A stretch of 64,000 nucleotides of DNA. Source: an uncultured delta proteobacterium (GTDB lineage Bacteria > Desulfobacterota > Desulfuromonadia > Geobacterales > Pseudopelobacteraceae). Below, piece by piece: positions 1 to 9,726 of this stretch. A program made the translations under genes and the position numbers. Under the pieces are notes generated by a model. The model was not told the DNA's origin. It saw only the letters and a program-made list of their open reading frames with translations, and searched no databases. The number at the start of each line of letters is the position of its first letter. Within the stretch, counting starts at the first letter, position 1. The stretch lies in assembly GCA_963772835.1 (NCBI GenBank), contig CAVYYZ010000012.1, positions 192,001 to 256,000 on the forward strand, written 5' to 3'.

Positions 1-1339
1 CGGTTTGAACGAACCAGTCCGGATGCTGTATCACCCAGCGGGAATAGATCCCTGTATGATTCGGCACCATATCGCTGGCCAGCCGGATACCGCGGCGGCC
101 GGCGCGCTCCCTGAGGTTTGCCAGCGCTTCCCAGCCGCCAAGATCGGCGGCAACTTCATAATCGTAGAGCGAATAGGCCGAGGCGATAGCATCGGGGTTA
201 CCACAAAGCTGCTTGATCCGCTGCGACGCGGGGGACCGTTCCCACAACCCGATCAGCCAGAGACCGGAGAAACCGCACGCCGCAAGCCGGTCAAGTTCTG
301 CGTCAGGCACTTGATCAAGACGGGTTATCGGAATTCCATGGGTACTGCTCAGCTGGTCGAGCCAGATATAGACCATTTTAGCCATCAGGACGACATGCGC
401 CATCCAGCCGGCATCAGGTGAGAAGTGCTCATACGCGGGGTAATCGAAACCGTGAAAAACGGCATTAGTCCCGGATTTTGCAGAATAATCAGCCGAAGGA
501 TGTCCGGCTCGCCAAAACTCAAGGACAGGAGCCGGCCCCGGGTCTCCACCGCCACCACCACGTTCCCGCAGTTCCTCCTGCAGAATATCCAGGGCGACCT
601 CGACCTCAACCAGCAGATCACGAGGCAGAACGTCACCCCACTGCCGGCGGAGGTAGGCTGCCTGACCGGCCAGAGAGTCGGGAGACGCAGTTATCGCCGC
701 CATGAGAGCTTCGATCAGCGTACACCCTTTTTCGGCAAGAACAGGACCATCCTTCAGAGAGCGATCAACGGCATCAATTATGCTCGCGTAATGAGTCGAT
801 GCAGCGAGAGTCCGGTCATCGACGAGGTCCCTGAAACTTTCGATAGCGGGATTGGCGGCCGCCAGCCGCAGGAGCAGCATTTCCCGCAGCACCTGATGAG
901 TGCGAAGAGAGTTGTGTAGGCCATCGGCCAGCCAGAGGTCTGGCTTGACGCTCTTCTGCAGGACAGGGGTCGGCGGAAACAGCTCGATAAAACGCTGCGC
1001 CGTTGTCAGAAATCCACTCCCTGCCAGGTCGTATCCACCCGATTTCACTGCATTGATAAGGAGGGACGATTTCTGAGCACCTGCGACACCGTCGATAAGG
1101 AAACGCAATGCCTTCTGGAGAGAGGCAAACAGATTCAGCTCGCCGGCATGCACAACTGCGGAGTCGGGCGCATGAACGCTGTTCAGCTTGAGAGCCAGTT
1201 GCCGGAAAAATTGTATCTGCGGGATGCCGCGCTCTTTAATGCCGCTTGAAAGCGGGCCTAAACCGAGAGAACGCCAGTGGTGGTAGGTTATCTGGATGTC
1301 GTAGGGGAAATAAGGATCTGTACCGCTCGGATCTGTCAT
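1..1339 (-). CDS. Alpha-amylase family (GH13) glycosyl hydrolase, 3' part runs off the window
   Basis: Not in the ORF track (no stop in window). Manual translation from the ATG at 1339 gives MTDPSGTDPYFPYDIQ..., in frame with GIRLASDMVPNHTGIYSRWVIQHPDWF near 10-90 (GH13 region I, DxVxNH). Confidence 0.85.
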   Translation of the reverse strand, partial: MTDPSGTDPYFPYDIQITYHHWRSLGLGPLSSGIKERGIPQIQFFRQLALKLNSVHAPDSAVVHAGELNLFASLQKALRFLIDGVAGAQKSSLLINAVKSGGYDLAGSGFLTTAQRFIELFPPTPVLQKSVKPDLWLADGLHNSLRTHQVLREMLLLRLAAANPAIESFRDLVDDRTLAASTHYASIIDAVDRSLKDGPVLAEKGCTLIEALMAAITASPDSLAGQAAYLRRQWGDVLPRDLLVEVEVALDILQEELRERGGGGGDPGPAPVLEFWRAGHPSADYSAKSGTNAVFHGFDYPAYEHFSPDAGWMAHVVLMAKMVYIWLDQLSSTHGIPITRLDQVPDAELDRLAACGFSGLWLIGLWERSPASQRIKQLCGNPDAIASAYSLYDYEVAADLGGWEALANLRERAGRRGIRLASDMVPNHTGIYSRWVIQHPDWFVQT

Positions 1340-1398
1340 GATGTTTCCAGTCGCGGAATGCCGGGATGTCAGAAATTGTGCAATCAGTACCAATGCTT

Positions 1399-3279
1399 TT
1401 ATTTTTTTGCTGGTGGCTTGACGCTCACAGCTGATTTTTTGACGGAGCTTTTACCCTTTGTTTTTTTTGAGCTCTTCTTGCTCTTTTTGCCTTTGCTTTT
1501 TTTGCCTTTCGTTATTTTATGCGGTTCCGGGTTGAATTCGTCTCGTATGTTATTGAGCAGGATTGATGTTTCTTCCATAGTAGGATCAGCTTTTTTCGCC
1601 GCTTCGAGCGTCTCTTTAGCCTCACTCAGCCGTCCGGTTTTCATATACAGCCGACCGAGCGCATTGAGCGCTCTGGCATTATCCGGTTTCAGTTCAATCG
1701 CTTTTTTGTACGCATCTGCAGCATTTTCATATTCTTTTTTAAAGTCATATATCAGCCCCAGCTTGTAATGGTTGATCACTTCCTCGGGGCTCAGTTCGAC
1801 CGCCTCTTTAAGCAGAAGCGTTATTTCGTCATACTGTTTATTCTTCACATATATGGATATGAGTGCAGTACGTGCCTCTCCGTCGTCTTTATGAATGGCC
1901 AGAGCCTGTTTTAAATGAGCAACCGCTTTCTCGGTATCTCCTTTTTGAGCGTACAGGGCGGCGATTTCCCGATTGGCATCGCCATCATTCGGGCTGTAGG
2001 TGAGCACGGATCTGTATGACGAAAGCGCCAAAGCGGGCTCTTTACTTTTGGCAAAGATCCGTGCCAGCTTTAGATGGATATCCGGGCTTGCGGGACGCAG
2101 CTTGAGAAAAGCCGAATACTGTTCCACCGCTTCCTGGAACAGACCGCGGGAGAAACGGAGATCACCCAGTCGCAGATGGGATTCGGCGCTGGCGGGATTA
2201 ACCTTGACGGCATGTTTGTAAGCTACGACGGCCTCATCGATCTGAGATTTTTTCTCGAGCAGGATTCCCAGATTGAGGTACACATCACTGTTGGTGCTGT
2301 TGCTGTGTGCGGCCTCTCTATAGGCATTGATAGCGTCCGCATCCTTACCGGACGCCTGGTAGATATGGCCAAGCTTTTCATATAAAAGCGAATCTTCAGG
2401 ATGTTCCTTAATAGCCGCACGAAGGCTTTCTATCTCCTTGTCAGTACCACTCACTGCTGACTGACTGAGTAGTCCCTGAGTGCCCAGCGAGAGTTTGCTT
2501 TTGCCTCCCAGCAATGAATGGTAGGAGGCCAGTTTGTCATCGCCCTTATTTTCATAAACACTCGCCAGCATCAGGTGGATGTCACGATTTTGAGGGGCAG
2601 CAGCTTCTCCCCGTTTCAGCTGTTCCAGCGCCGTATCAAGTTCGCCCCGCTGCAGATAGATTGTTGCAATGCCGATATGAGCCTTTGCCGAGCCGGGGTC
2701 GGCGGCCAAAGCCCTTCTGTATTCTACCAGTGCTTTATCCGGCTGGCTCGATGCAGTATATATTTCAGCCAGAGCGATAAAAACGGACGCATCACCGGTC
2801 AACTCACGCGCCGCCTCATTATAATGATACGCCGCCAACGGATAGATTTTCTGCGCGGCTAAAATTTTCGCCAGCGCCTTATGGTAAAACGGGTTGGGTA
2901 TCGAAGAGAGGCCCCGGGCCAGCTCAACCGACGCTTCGTCATTCATCCCCTTCTGGGCATAAAGCAACCCCAGGTTGCCACTTGCGCGAGCAAAAGAAGG
3001 GGTTTGCTGCAGAACCCGACGATACTCTTCAACAGCCCGATCAAAGTTGCCGGCCCGCTCCTGCCGGAGTGCACCCACAAAATGGGCGGCAGAGCCGTCA
3101 GGGCACTGGGCAATAATATTCTCTTCCATCTGACGCAGTTGAGACTCATCATGGACTGTGTCCAATGTGCCGGCAATCTCGAGCGCTTCTTTACAGGGAT
3201 CGGAGCCGAATCCCCAACTGAATCCGGTCAAAAGGAGAACGGCACTCAGCAGCAACAGGTATGTTTGCAGGTTTTTCAT
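1399..3279 (-). CDS. Secreted/periplasmic tetratricopeptide-repeat protein with Lys-rich C-terminal tail
   Basis: Many TPR units (e.g. AHIGIATIYLQRGELDTALEQL, HYKLGLIYDFKKEYENAADAYKKAIELKP) and a hydrophobic N-terminus MKNLQTYLLLLSAVLLLTG. Start moved to ATG 3279 because a promoter lies at 3319-3347. Confidence 0.88.
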   Translation of the reverse strand: MKNLQTYLLLLSAVLLLTGFSWGFGSDPCKEALEIAGTLDTVHDESQLRQMEENIIAQCPDGSAAHFVGALRQERAGNFDRAVEEYRRVLQQTPSFARASGNLGLLYAQKGMNDEASVELARGLSSIPNPFYHKALAKILAAQKIYPLAAYHYNEAARELTGDASVFIALAEIYTASSQPDKALVEYRRALAADPGSAKAHIGIATIYLQRGELDTALEQLKRGEAAAPQNRDIHLMLASVYENKGDDKLASYHSLLGGKSKLSLGTQGLLSQSAVSGTDKEIESLRAAIKEHPEDSLLYEKLGHIYQASGKDADAINAYREAAHSNSTNSDVYLNLGILLEKKSQIDEAVVAYKHAVKVNPASAESHLRLGDLRFSRGLFQEAVEQYSAFLKLRPASPDIHLKLARIFAKSKEPALALSSYRSVLTYSPNDGDANREIAALYAQKGDTEKAVAHLKQALAIHKDDGEARTALISIYVKNKQYDEITLLLKEAVELSPEEVINHYKLGLIYDFKKEYENAADAYKKAIELKPDNARALNALGRLYMKTGRLSEAKETLEAAKKADPTMEETSILLNNIRDEFNPEPHKITKGKKSKGKKSKKSSKKTKGKSSVKKSAVSVKPPAKK

Positions 3280-3318
3280 AACCGGTGTTTCCTCAATTTC
3301 AGTCGGTAGTGCGGCGGG

Positions 3319-3347
3319 ATTATACACACGATCCGATACTATTTCAA
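3319..3347 (-). promoter_or_regulatory. Sigma70-type promoter for the TPR gene
   Basis: Minus strand TTGAAA-17 nt-TATAAT, with TGTG just upstream of the -10. Confidence 0.7.
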
Positions 3348-3476
3348 TAATTTAGGTCAATTCAAGCTAAGTACCTGATTATGATCATAAAGGGGTTACT
3401 GAATGTGCGCATCCGCCTGAAATATCGGGATAGATGCAGCGGTGCGGACGGCATGAGGGCCGGAGAACCGGAAGTA

Positions 3477-3505
3477 TTGATTTTATCGCCCTGAAATAGT
3501 ATGCT
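3477..3505 (+). promoter_or_regulatory. Sigma70-type promoter for def-fmt-DUF116
   Basis: TTGATT-17 nt-TATGCT upstream of def. Confidence 0.5.
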
Positions 3506-3668
3506 TACCCACTAATCCAATTTCAGTTTCATGCCATTGACGAAATCGGGGAGACTGGATTGAAGCACCGGAGACGTTCGCACGTACGTTGAGGAGCAGA
3601 AGACGTCACACCAGAGGGATAACGCCGGTTTTTTGAATTGCCAACTACCATGAAGGATGCGCCATATT

Positions 3669-4175
3669 ATGATTCGCACCATTCTCACCTACCCGAACCC
3701 AGAGCTGAAAAAAAAATCCGCGCCGGTAGAAACAGTCACTGATTCGGTCCGCGACCTTGTAAGGGATATGGCTGAAACCATGTACGCGGCACCGGGTGTC
3801 GGCCTGGCGGCTCCCCAGATCGGCGTCCATCAGCGCGTCATTATTATCGACATTTCGGGTAAAAATGAGCCGCCTGATCTGATTGTTGCGATTAATCCGA
3901 CTATTGTGCATGCCGAGGGAGAAACCTACGAAGAGGAGGGATGCCTCTCTGTGCCCGACTATGCCGCCAACGTCAGACGGCATGCCCGGGTCATCGTCAA
4001 GGCACTGGACCTTGATGGGACTGAACACACCTGGAAAGCTGAAGATCTTCTCGCAATAGCGTTTCAGCACGAAATTGACCATCTTGACGGCACCCTGTTT
4101 GTTGATCACCTCTCGATGCTCAAGCGTGAGCTGTTCCAGCGCAAAGCCCGTAAAGCAGCTGAGGAAAAACGATGA
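3669..4175 (+). CDS. def: Peptide deformylase
   Basis: Motifs GVGLAAPQIG, EGCLSVP, QHEIDHL. Confidence 0.97.
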   Translation: MIRTILTYPNPELKKKSAPVETVTDSVRDLVRDMAETMYAAPGVGLAAPQIGVHQRVIIIDISGKNEPPDLIVAINPTIVHAEGETYEEEGCLSVPDYAANVRRHARVIVKALDLDGTEHTWKAEDLLAIAFQHEIDHLDGTLFVDHLSMLKRELFQRKARKAAEEKR

Positions 4176-5131
4176 CCGGCTGGAGAACCATTTTTATGGG
4201 GACACCGGATTTTGCCTGCCCGACGCTGCTGAAGTTGATCGAGCGTGGAGAGAATCTTGTTGCGGTTGTAACCCAGCCTGACCGCCCCAAGGGACGTGGC
4301 CAGAAGCTGATGCCGCCGCCGGTGAAAGTGCTGGCCGAACAAAACCGCATCGCGGTGTACCAGCCGCTCAAAGTACGTGATCCGGAGTTCGTTGCCATTA
4401 TCCGCGAACTTAAACCGGATGTTATCGTGGTTGTTGCTTTCGGCCAGATACTTCCCAAAGCGCTTCTAGACATACCGGCTCATGGCTGCATTAATGTCCA
4501 TGCATCCCTGCTTCCCCGCTATCGTGGTGCCGCACCTCTCAATTGGTGCATTATGCATGGCGAAGCCGAGACCGGCGTCACCACCATGCTGATGGATGTC
4601 GGGCTCGATACCGGCGATATGCTGCTGGTTCAGAAAACCGGGCTGGATGAAAACGAAGATATTTCATCGCTTCACGATCGCATGGCGACAATGGGTGCAG
4701 ACCTGCTTGCCGACACGCTCGACAGGTTGGCAGCCGGCACCATTACCCCTCAGCGGCAGAATAATGCAGACAGTTGTTATGCCCCGATGCTCAAAAAAGA
4801 AGACGGCATAATAAACTGGCACACCGACGCACGCACGATCCACAACCAGGTACGCGGCCTGGCGGTCTGGCCGGGTGCCTGCACGACCATACACGGCCAG
4901 GTACTTAAAATTTTCCGCACCCGGGTCGGTTGCGGCTCCGGCGAACCGGGAACTGTGCTTCAGGCCGCAAAAGGGCATTTTGAAGTCGCCTGCCAATCGG
5001 GGACTCTTTTTTTGTATGAGCTGCAGCTGGCCGGCAAGAAACGCCTTGACTGTGTCAGCTTTCTGGCCGGCTGCCCCGTTTCCGAAGGCACTCTGCTGGG
5101 CACCGGACAACCAGAGGGTTCATCTCTGTGA
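4172..5131 (+). CDS. fmt: Methionyl-tRNA formyltransferase
   Basis: IFMGTPDF, VVTQPDRPKGRG, INVHASLLPRYRGAAP; follows def with an ATGA overlap. Confidence 0.97.
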   Translation: MTGWRTIFMGTPDFACPTLLKLIERGENLVAVVTQPDRPKGRGQKLMPPPVKVLAEQNRIAVYQPLKVRDPEFVAIIRELKPDVIVVVAFGQILPKALLDIPAHGCINVHASLLPRYRGAAPLNWCIMHGEAETGVTTMLMDVGLDTGDMLLVQKTGLDENEDISSLHDRMATMGADLLADTLDRLAAGTITPQRQNNADSCYAPMLKKEDGIINWHTDARTIHNQVRGLAVWPGACTTIHGQVLKIFRTRVGCGSGEPGTVLQAAKGHFEVACQSGTLFLYELQLAGKKRLDCVSFLAGCPVSEGTLLGTGQPEGSSL

Positions 5132-5940
5132 CGAATACTCCGGAACCAGCGGTCACCCCCCCCCGCAAACGGCTCTTTGTTACCCTGATGGGCATAACCT
5201 GCCTGATCGTAGTTGCTTTCATCTTTCTGGCCTGGTGGATCCCCAACCGTGGCCTGGCCAACATACACCCCAATCTTCCGCATGTTGTCGGTATCATCAT
5301 GGTAGTACTTTCCGGTGTGGCGATACTCGGCACCGGCCTGCTGGTACTGACGACCGCACTGGGCAAGGATATTTTTCTGACCCGCTTCATGCGCCTCGTG
5401 GTGATCAAGTTTTTACTGCCGGTCATAGAATTTGTGGGGAGGGTGTTGGGGCTCGATAAGGACCGTATCAGACAATCATTTATCGCGATGAATAACAGCC
5501 TGGTAACATCTCAGCGGATGAAGGTAAAACCGGATCGGATTCTGGTGCTGCTGCCGCACTGTATCCAGTTGTCTGACTGCGAAATCAAAGTGACAGGTGA
5601 TATCCATAAATGTGTTCAATGCGGGCGCTGCAGCATCATGGGACTGGTCGATATCGGGCGGAAATATGCAGTTGATATTTCGGTTGCCACCGGTGGCACA
5701 CTTGCTCGCAAGGTCATCGTGGAGAAGCGGCCAAAACTGGTGCTGGCGGTTGCCTGTGAGCGTGACCTGACCTCCGGTATCAAGGATTGCTATCCACTGC
5801 CGGTCATCGGCATTCTCAACGAACGTCCCTTCGGCCCCTGCTTCAATACGGTCGTGGATGTATCGAAGATTGACGAGGCATTAAGTCAGGTACTGGAACA
5901 CGAAAGACCGTCCGCTTCAAACGACTCAACCAGAATTTAG
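5128..5940 (+). CDS. DUF116-like Cys-containing membrane protein
   Basis: N-terminal TM helices; LLPHCIQ..C, CVQCGRC, ATGGTLAR, AVACERDL and GPCFNT motifs. Confidence 0.8.
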   Translation: MTNTPEPAVTPPRKRLFVTLMGITCLIVVAFIFLAWWIPNRGLANIHPNLPHVVGIIMVVLSGVAILGTGLLVLTTALGKDIFLTRFMRLVVIKFLLPVIEFVGRVLGLDKDRIRQSFIAMNNSLVTSQRMKVKPDRILVLLPHCIQLSDCEIKVTGDIHKCVQCGRCSIMGLVDIGRKYAVDISVATGGTLARKVIVEKRPKLVLAVACERDLTSGIKDCYPLPVIGILNERPFGPCFNTVVDVSKIDEALSQVLEHERPSASNDSTRI

Positions 5941-5941
5941 T

Positions 5942-7399
5942 TCACCGGTTCACAAGCCTCCCGCGAAGATCCTCTACAACCGTACCCCGCGAACCGGCTC
6001 TATCGCACGTAACCAGTTCAACCCTGCCATCCGTTCGCGCCATATAATGAGAGGACACTCCCGGCACCAGCTTCGGGAAATATTTTCCACCGACATCCTC
6101 ATAGAGATCCACCGTGTAAAGCTCTGTCCCTTTTTCCCACCCCCACTCACCTCCGAGATTGAGAATTCCGTCATTTTCATACACCGTTGCAGTGCCGGCC
6201 GGGTTCCGGAAGCCGACATAATATTTACCCTCCTCCTTGTGATATACCGCCGCATCCATGGGAAGCAGGGCATTATCGACCACCTCGCTGAATGTTTTTC
6301 CCTTGATCAGAAATGATTTTTCCGCTTTGCTTAGAGCCCACTCTGAGGTCATCTTGTCCGGACTGTGGGTAAGAATAGTCCTCTCTTTATTCAGTGAGGT
6401 ATGTTTCAATCGGCGGTAGTCGGTATGAACGACGCTTTTGCGCGTTGCAATATCATGAATAACAACCGCATCGTCAAAGGAGGCCAACGCCTCGTGGTAG
6501 CGCTGGCTGCTCCAGGCCCGCTCGATATAATCATTGATGTCACCGTATATGACAGCAGCAGCCTCAAATTCGCTGCGTGACAACTGCAGCCGCTGCGCAC
6601 GTTTTTCGGCATGAAGGGCCTGCCACAGTTCGATATCATGGCAGGTATCCCCGCTGAACACCAGAGACTCCGTTGCGGTCCTGAATCTCACCCCGATACT
6701 CGGGACTCCATGCCAGACCGGTGCGTTGATCGCTTCAATCGTATAACCGGCCGGGTCGTGATAGATGTTCTGTTCCTCTTCGTAGAAGGTCGGCGATGAA
6801 AAGGAATAGAACTGTTCCGGCTCCACCCATTCACAGTATTCAGGGTCCTTGAGCAGGAGCCTCGGAGAACCGTTTTTTGCACTGATGACAATTTTGGCCC
6901 GCTCCGGGCCGACAATACCGCCGTGCACGTCCACGACTGCCAGCATCGAGCCGCCTGCTCCGGTAACCTGTCGCACGATACGATACTTTGCCCGGGGGGC
7001 GAGCGGTCGGAAATCGACGTAATCTTCATAGGCAAGATCAATGACCGACTTTGAATCGCTACTGAGACTTGTATTAAGTGCGGCCCCGGAAGAGACAAGC
7101 AACCCGTTGTTTATCGCTTCCGAGGTAAACACGGGGAGTTTATGTGACATGTCAGGCGCATACAGATTGAAGAGGGAGAGATCGGTAAACCAGCGTTTAT
7201 GGTCATCATGGCAATGGGTGATGATCAATCCCTTGATGGCTTTAAGCCCATGACCGCCGATCTGCTGAAACAGTGGGGAGCCGCAATCTACCAGAAAACT
7301 GCTGTCACCGATGCTGACCTGATAGCCGATACTCTTCCCCATGGAGGAAAATGGTCCATAATCGCCAAGCACCCGGACGAGTATTCCTTCTGTTGTCAC
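5942..7399 (-). CDS. Metallo-beta-lactamase-fold hydrolase
   Basis: LVDCG, ITHCHDDH (HxHxDH), WHGVPSIG, FSGDT, HD and LTH motifs. Confidence 0.8.
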   Translation of the reverse strand: MTTEGILVRVLGDYGPFSSMGKSIGYQVSIGDSSFLVDCGSPLFQQIGGHGLKAIKGLIITHCHDDHKRWFTDLSLFNLYAPDMSHKLPVFTSEAINNGLLVSSGAALNTSLSSDSKSVIDLAYEDYVDFRPLAPRAKYRIVRQVTGAGGSMLAVVDVHGGIVGPERAKIVISAKNGSPRLLLKDPEYCEWVEPEQFYSFSSPTFYEEEQNIYHDPAGYTIEAINAPVWHGVPSIGVRFRTATESLVFSGDTCHDIELWQALHAEKRAQRLQLSRSEFEAAAVIYGDINDYIERAWSSQRYHEALASFDDAVVIHDIATRKSVVHTDYRRLKHTSLNKERTILTHSPDKMTSEWALSKAEKSFLIKGKTFSEVVDNALLPMDAAVYHKEEGKYYVGFRNPAGTATVYENDGILNLGGEWGWEKGTELYTVDLYEDVGGKYFPKLVPGVSSHYMARTDGRVELVTCDRAGSRGTVVEDLRGRLVNR

Positions 7400-7510
7400 A
7401 AGTCACCTCATTGAATAGTTACGGGCTCCGATATCTGTATACCACCGCTCCGCCCCGGTTCACATCAGCATCTCTCGTGAAGAGGACGTTGACTCTGTCC
7501 GTATCCCGCA

Positions 7511-8863
7511 TCATATTTCGGACCTGAACTCCTCATGTTTTCCCGCGACGATTTTTATCTCCCGGGGATAGACAAAGTCCACGTTGAAGGGGTATCCAAC
7601 CGTCCGGACAACCAACTCCCGTAATTTCCGCTCTATATCGTCACTGAGCAATTCATCCGTAATGAGACGCACTTCAAGGTGATCGATCTCGCTCTGGATT
7701 ACCTGATATTGACGTATGGAAGGGGAGATGTCCCTGAATGTTCTTGTACCGAAAATAGGCCAGAAGCGTTCCCCTGTTGGAAGAGTCAGGAGATTGCGGC
7801 GACGGCCAAGGATTCGTCTGAGTGAAGGCAACCCCCGACCACAGAGGCACGGTTCTCCTGCCTCCGCATAATCACCGATGGCATACCGGACCAGCGGAGT
7901 CGCAAAATTATGAAGCGCCGTGACCACCACCTGCCCCACCTGACCCGGCGTGCAGGGGTTGCCTGATTCGTCCAGGATCTCTACCAGCAGATTTTCAGAC
8001 TGGGCATGATAACAATCCCCGTCCGGGCACTGCATGGCGATATATCCGACTTCTTGAGAGCTGTAGAGATCAACGAGCGGCACATTCCACACGTTCCGGC
8101 ATGCCTCTGTGACTTCAGGAGCCAGAGTCTCACCGATGGTGCGGACCTGCTGCAGATTCGTCAGAACCGCACCCTCATGCGCGAATATCTCAAGGAGTGC
8201 CTTCAAATTGGACGGATAGGTCAGTAGATAATGGGGATTTACCCGTTTAAGCCATTCCGCCTGTTTCGAAACATCGACCAAAAGGCTTATCAGTGAACTC
8301 TGCCCCGTCGTATAGATCTGGTTGAACGGCCCTCCCCAGTCCGGCCGGTCCACGCCTCCCTCTGCAGGAAAGTCGAGTACTCTGATGATAGCATGGGTCC
8401 CCTCAACGGAGCGCTTGTGCCAGTGGTGATCCCTGAGAGTCAGGACATTATAGAAGAATTGAGTTAATCCTGTCCCTTGAGTTGTGACAGGCTGCCCGGT
8501 TGAACCGGAGGTGGTGGTACTGAAGATCTCCCCATGTTCGATGGGACTCTGTCGACAGTGCAGTAAATCTCCGGCCTCCTGGATGTCCGCTCTGGTAAGC
8601 AGCGGCAGTTCACGCCACCGCTCCATGGTTATCGGCCCTGAACCGGCAAACCTGGCGAGCCGGTCGGCGGAGAAGGGGCTCGAGACAATCGCATGGGCTA
8701 CGAGCCGTTCCGCCTGGCGAAGCTGGCTTTCGATGAGCCGGTCGGCATCCCACCACTGGCTCTCATCGAGGTAACGGAGCATGGCAAGCATGGATGCCGC
8801 CGGTCCGGACGGCAGCGGAGGCCAGGCAAGTTCAGGCAGTGATGATTTCATGGCATCGTTCAT
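7511..8863 (-). CDS. PaaK/phenylacetate-CoA-ligase-like adenylate-forming enzyme (copy 2)
   Basis: TTSGSTGQP P-loop, YPSNL, DLYSSQEVG, PLVRYAIGD, ILGR. Confidence 0.85.
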   Translation of the reverse strand: MNDAMKSSLPELAWPPLPSGPAASMLAMLRYLDESQWWDADRLIESQLRQAERLVAHAIVSSPFSADRLARFAGSGPITMERWRELPLLTRADIQEAGDLLHCRQSPIEHGEIFSTTTSGSTGQPVTTQGTGLTQFFYNVLTLRDHHWHKRSVEGTHAIIRVLDFPAEGGVDRPDWGGPFNQIYTTGQSSLISLLVDVSKQAEWLKRVNPHYLLTYPSNLKALLEIFAHEGAVLTNLQQVRTIGETLAPEVTEACRNVWNVPLVDLYSSQEVGYIAMQCPDGDCYHAQSENLLVEILDESGNPCTPGQVGQVVVTALHNFATPLVRYAIGDYAEAGEPCLCGRGLPSLRRILGRRRNLLTLPTGERFWPIFGTRTFRDISPSIRQYQVIQSEIDHLEVRLITDELLSDDIERKLRELVVRTVGYPFNVDFVYPREIKIVAGKHEEFRSEI

Positions 8864-9726
8864 ATATGCTTGAAACAGACGGTAGGGTAACGGATGCCAT
8901 CACGGTACAATGGGACGACGCAGCCGGCCATGAGGAAGTCCGGCTCCAGAATGGCGCGGACAGATTCAAGGGGAGGGAAAGAATATACCGTCGTGACATA
9001 ACGATAACGGTCTATCACCCTGACGGTCTCAATGGGCCATCCAAGAGCCGCGGCAAGCCGTTCCGGCGAGGGGATACGGGAATGCCACTCCTCCCACGCC
9101 GCCCCCAGACTGATCCCTTCTTCCGGGTTCTCCTGCAGCGCCATCAGCATCCGCCACCTGAAGGCATTAAAATTATCAATACGGCCGTTCCAGAGATCCT
9201 CGAAGACGGTGTCAACCGTTTCACGTTCAGGAGGAGGAACAAACAGTCTCAATACCAGGACCCCGCCCGGTGATATCACCCGCGCCAATTCACGTGAAAT
9301 TTTCCGGTATTCGTCCGGAAAAGACAGTTGTGTCAGAGCACCGTCCCCCGTCACCACATCCAGGCTGGCTTCGGCAATCGGGAGGGAAAGCCAGTTACAG
9401 CAGATCGCAGTTGCATAAGGGAACCCGGCTTTCGGCCAGAGATCACGGATCATTGCCGGTTCTTTGTCAAAAGCTGCTATACGGCTCTTCTCAGGCCACC
9501 TCATCCCGACTATTTCCGGAGTGACTCCCAGAATTCCGGCCCGGGGGCAGGGGCAGGCCGCTTCCCGGTGCCAGTCACGGATCATCCGTTCCATGACGGC
9601 CGTATCTTCGGGGGACGGGCGCAGCGGGGGGCCCACCAGGGACCAGTCGGAAATGATACTGCTCCAGAATGGTTCCGAGCTGTTTTCGACAGCGCCCGTC
9701 ATACGTGCGGAGATGTCCGTTTTCAC
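8860..9726 (-). CDS. Class I SAM-dependent methyltransferase
   Basis: WLSLPIAEASLDVVTGD and ELARVISPGGVLVL (Methyltransf_11-like); atypical motif I ILGVTPE. Confidence 0.75.
   Translation of the reverse strand: MKTDISARMTGAVENSSEPFWSSIISDWSLVGPPLRPSPEDTAVMERMIRDWHREAACPCPRAGILGVTPEIVGMRWPEKSRIAAFDKEPAMIRDLWPKAGFPYATAICCNWLSLPIAEASLDVVTGDGALTQLSFPDEYRKISRELARVISPGGVLVLRLFVPPPERETVDTVFEDLWNGRIDNFNAFRWRMLMALQENPEEGISLGAAWEEWHSRIPSPERLAAALGWPIETVRVIDRYRYVTTVYSFPPLESVRAILEPDFLMAGCVVPLYRDGIRYPTVCFKHI

Noticed and set aside
5..919. Plus-strand ORFs 5..421, 425..919 and 478..705
   Set aside because: Shadows of the minus-strand GH13 gene, which has a recognisable motif.
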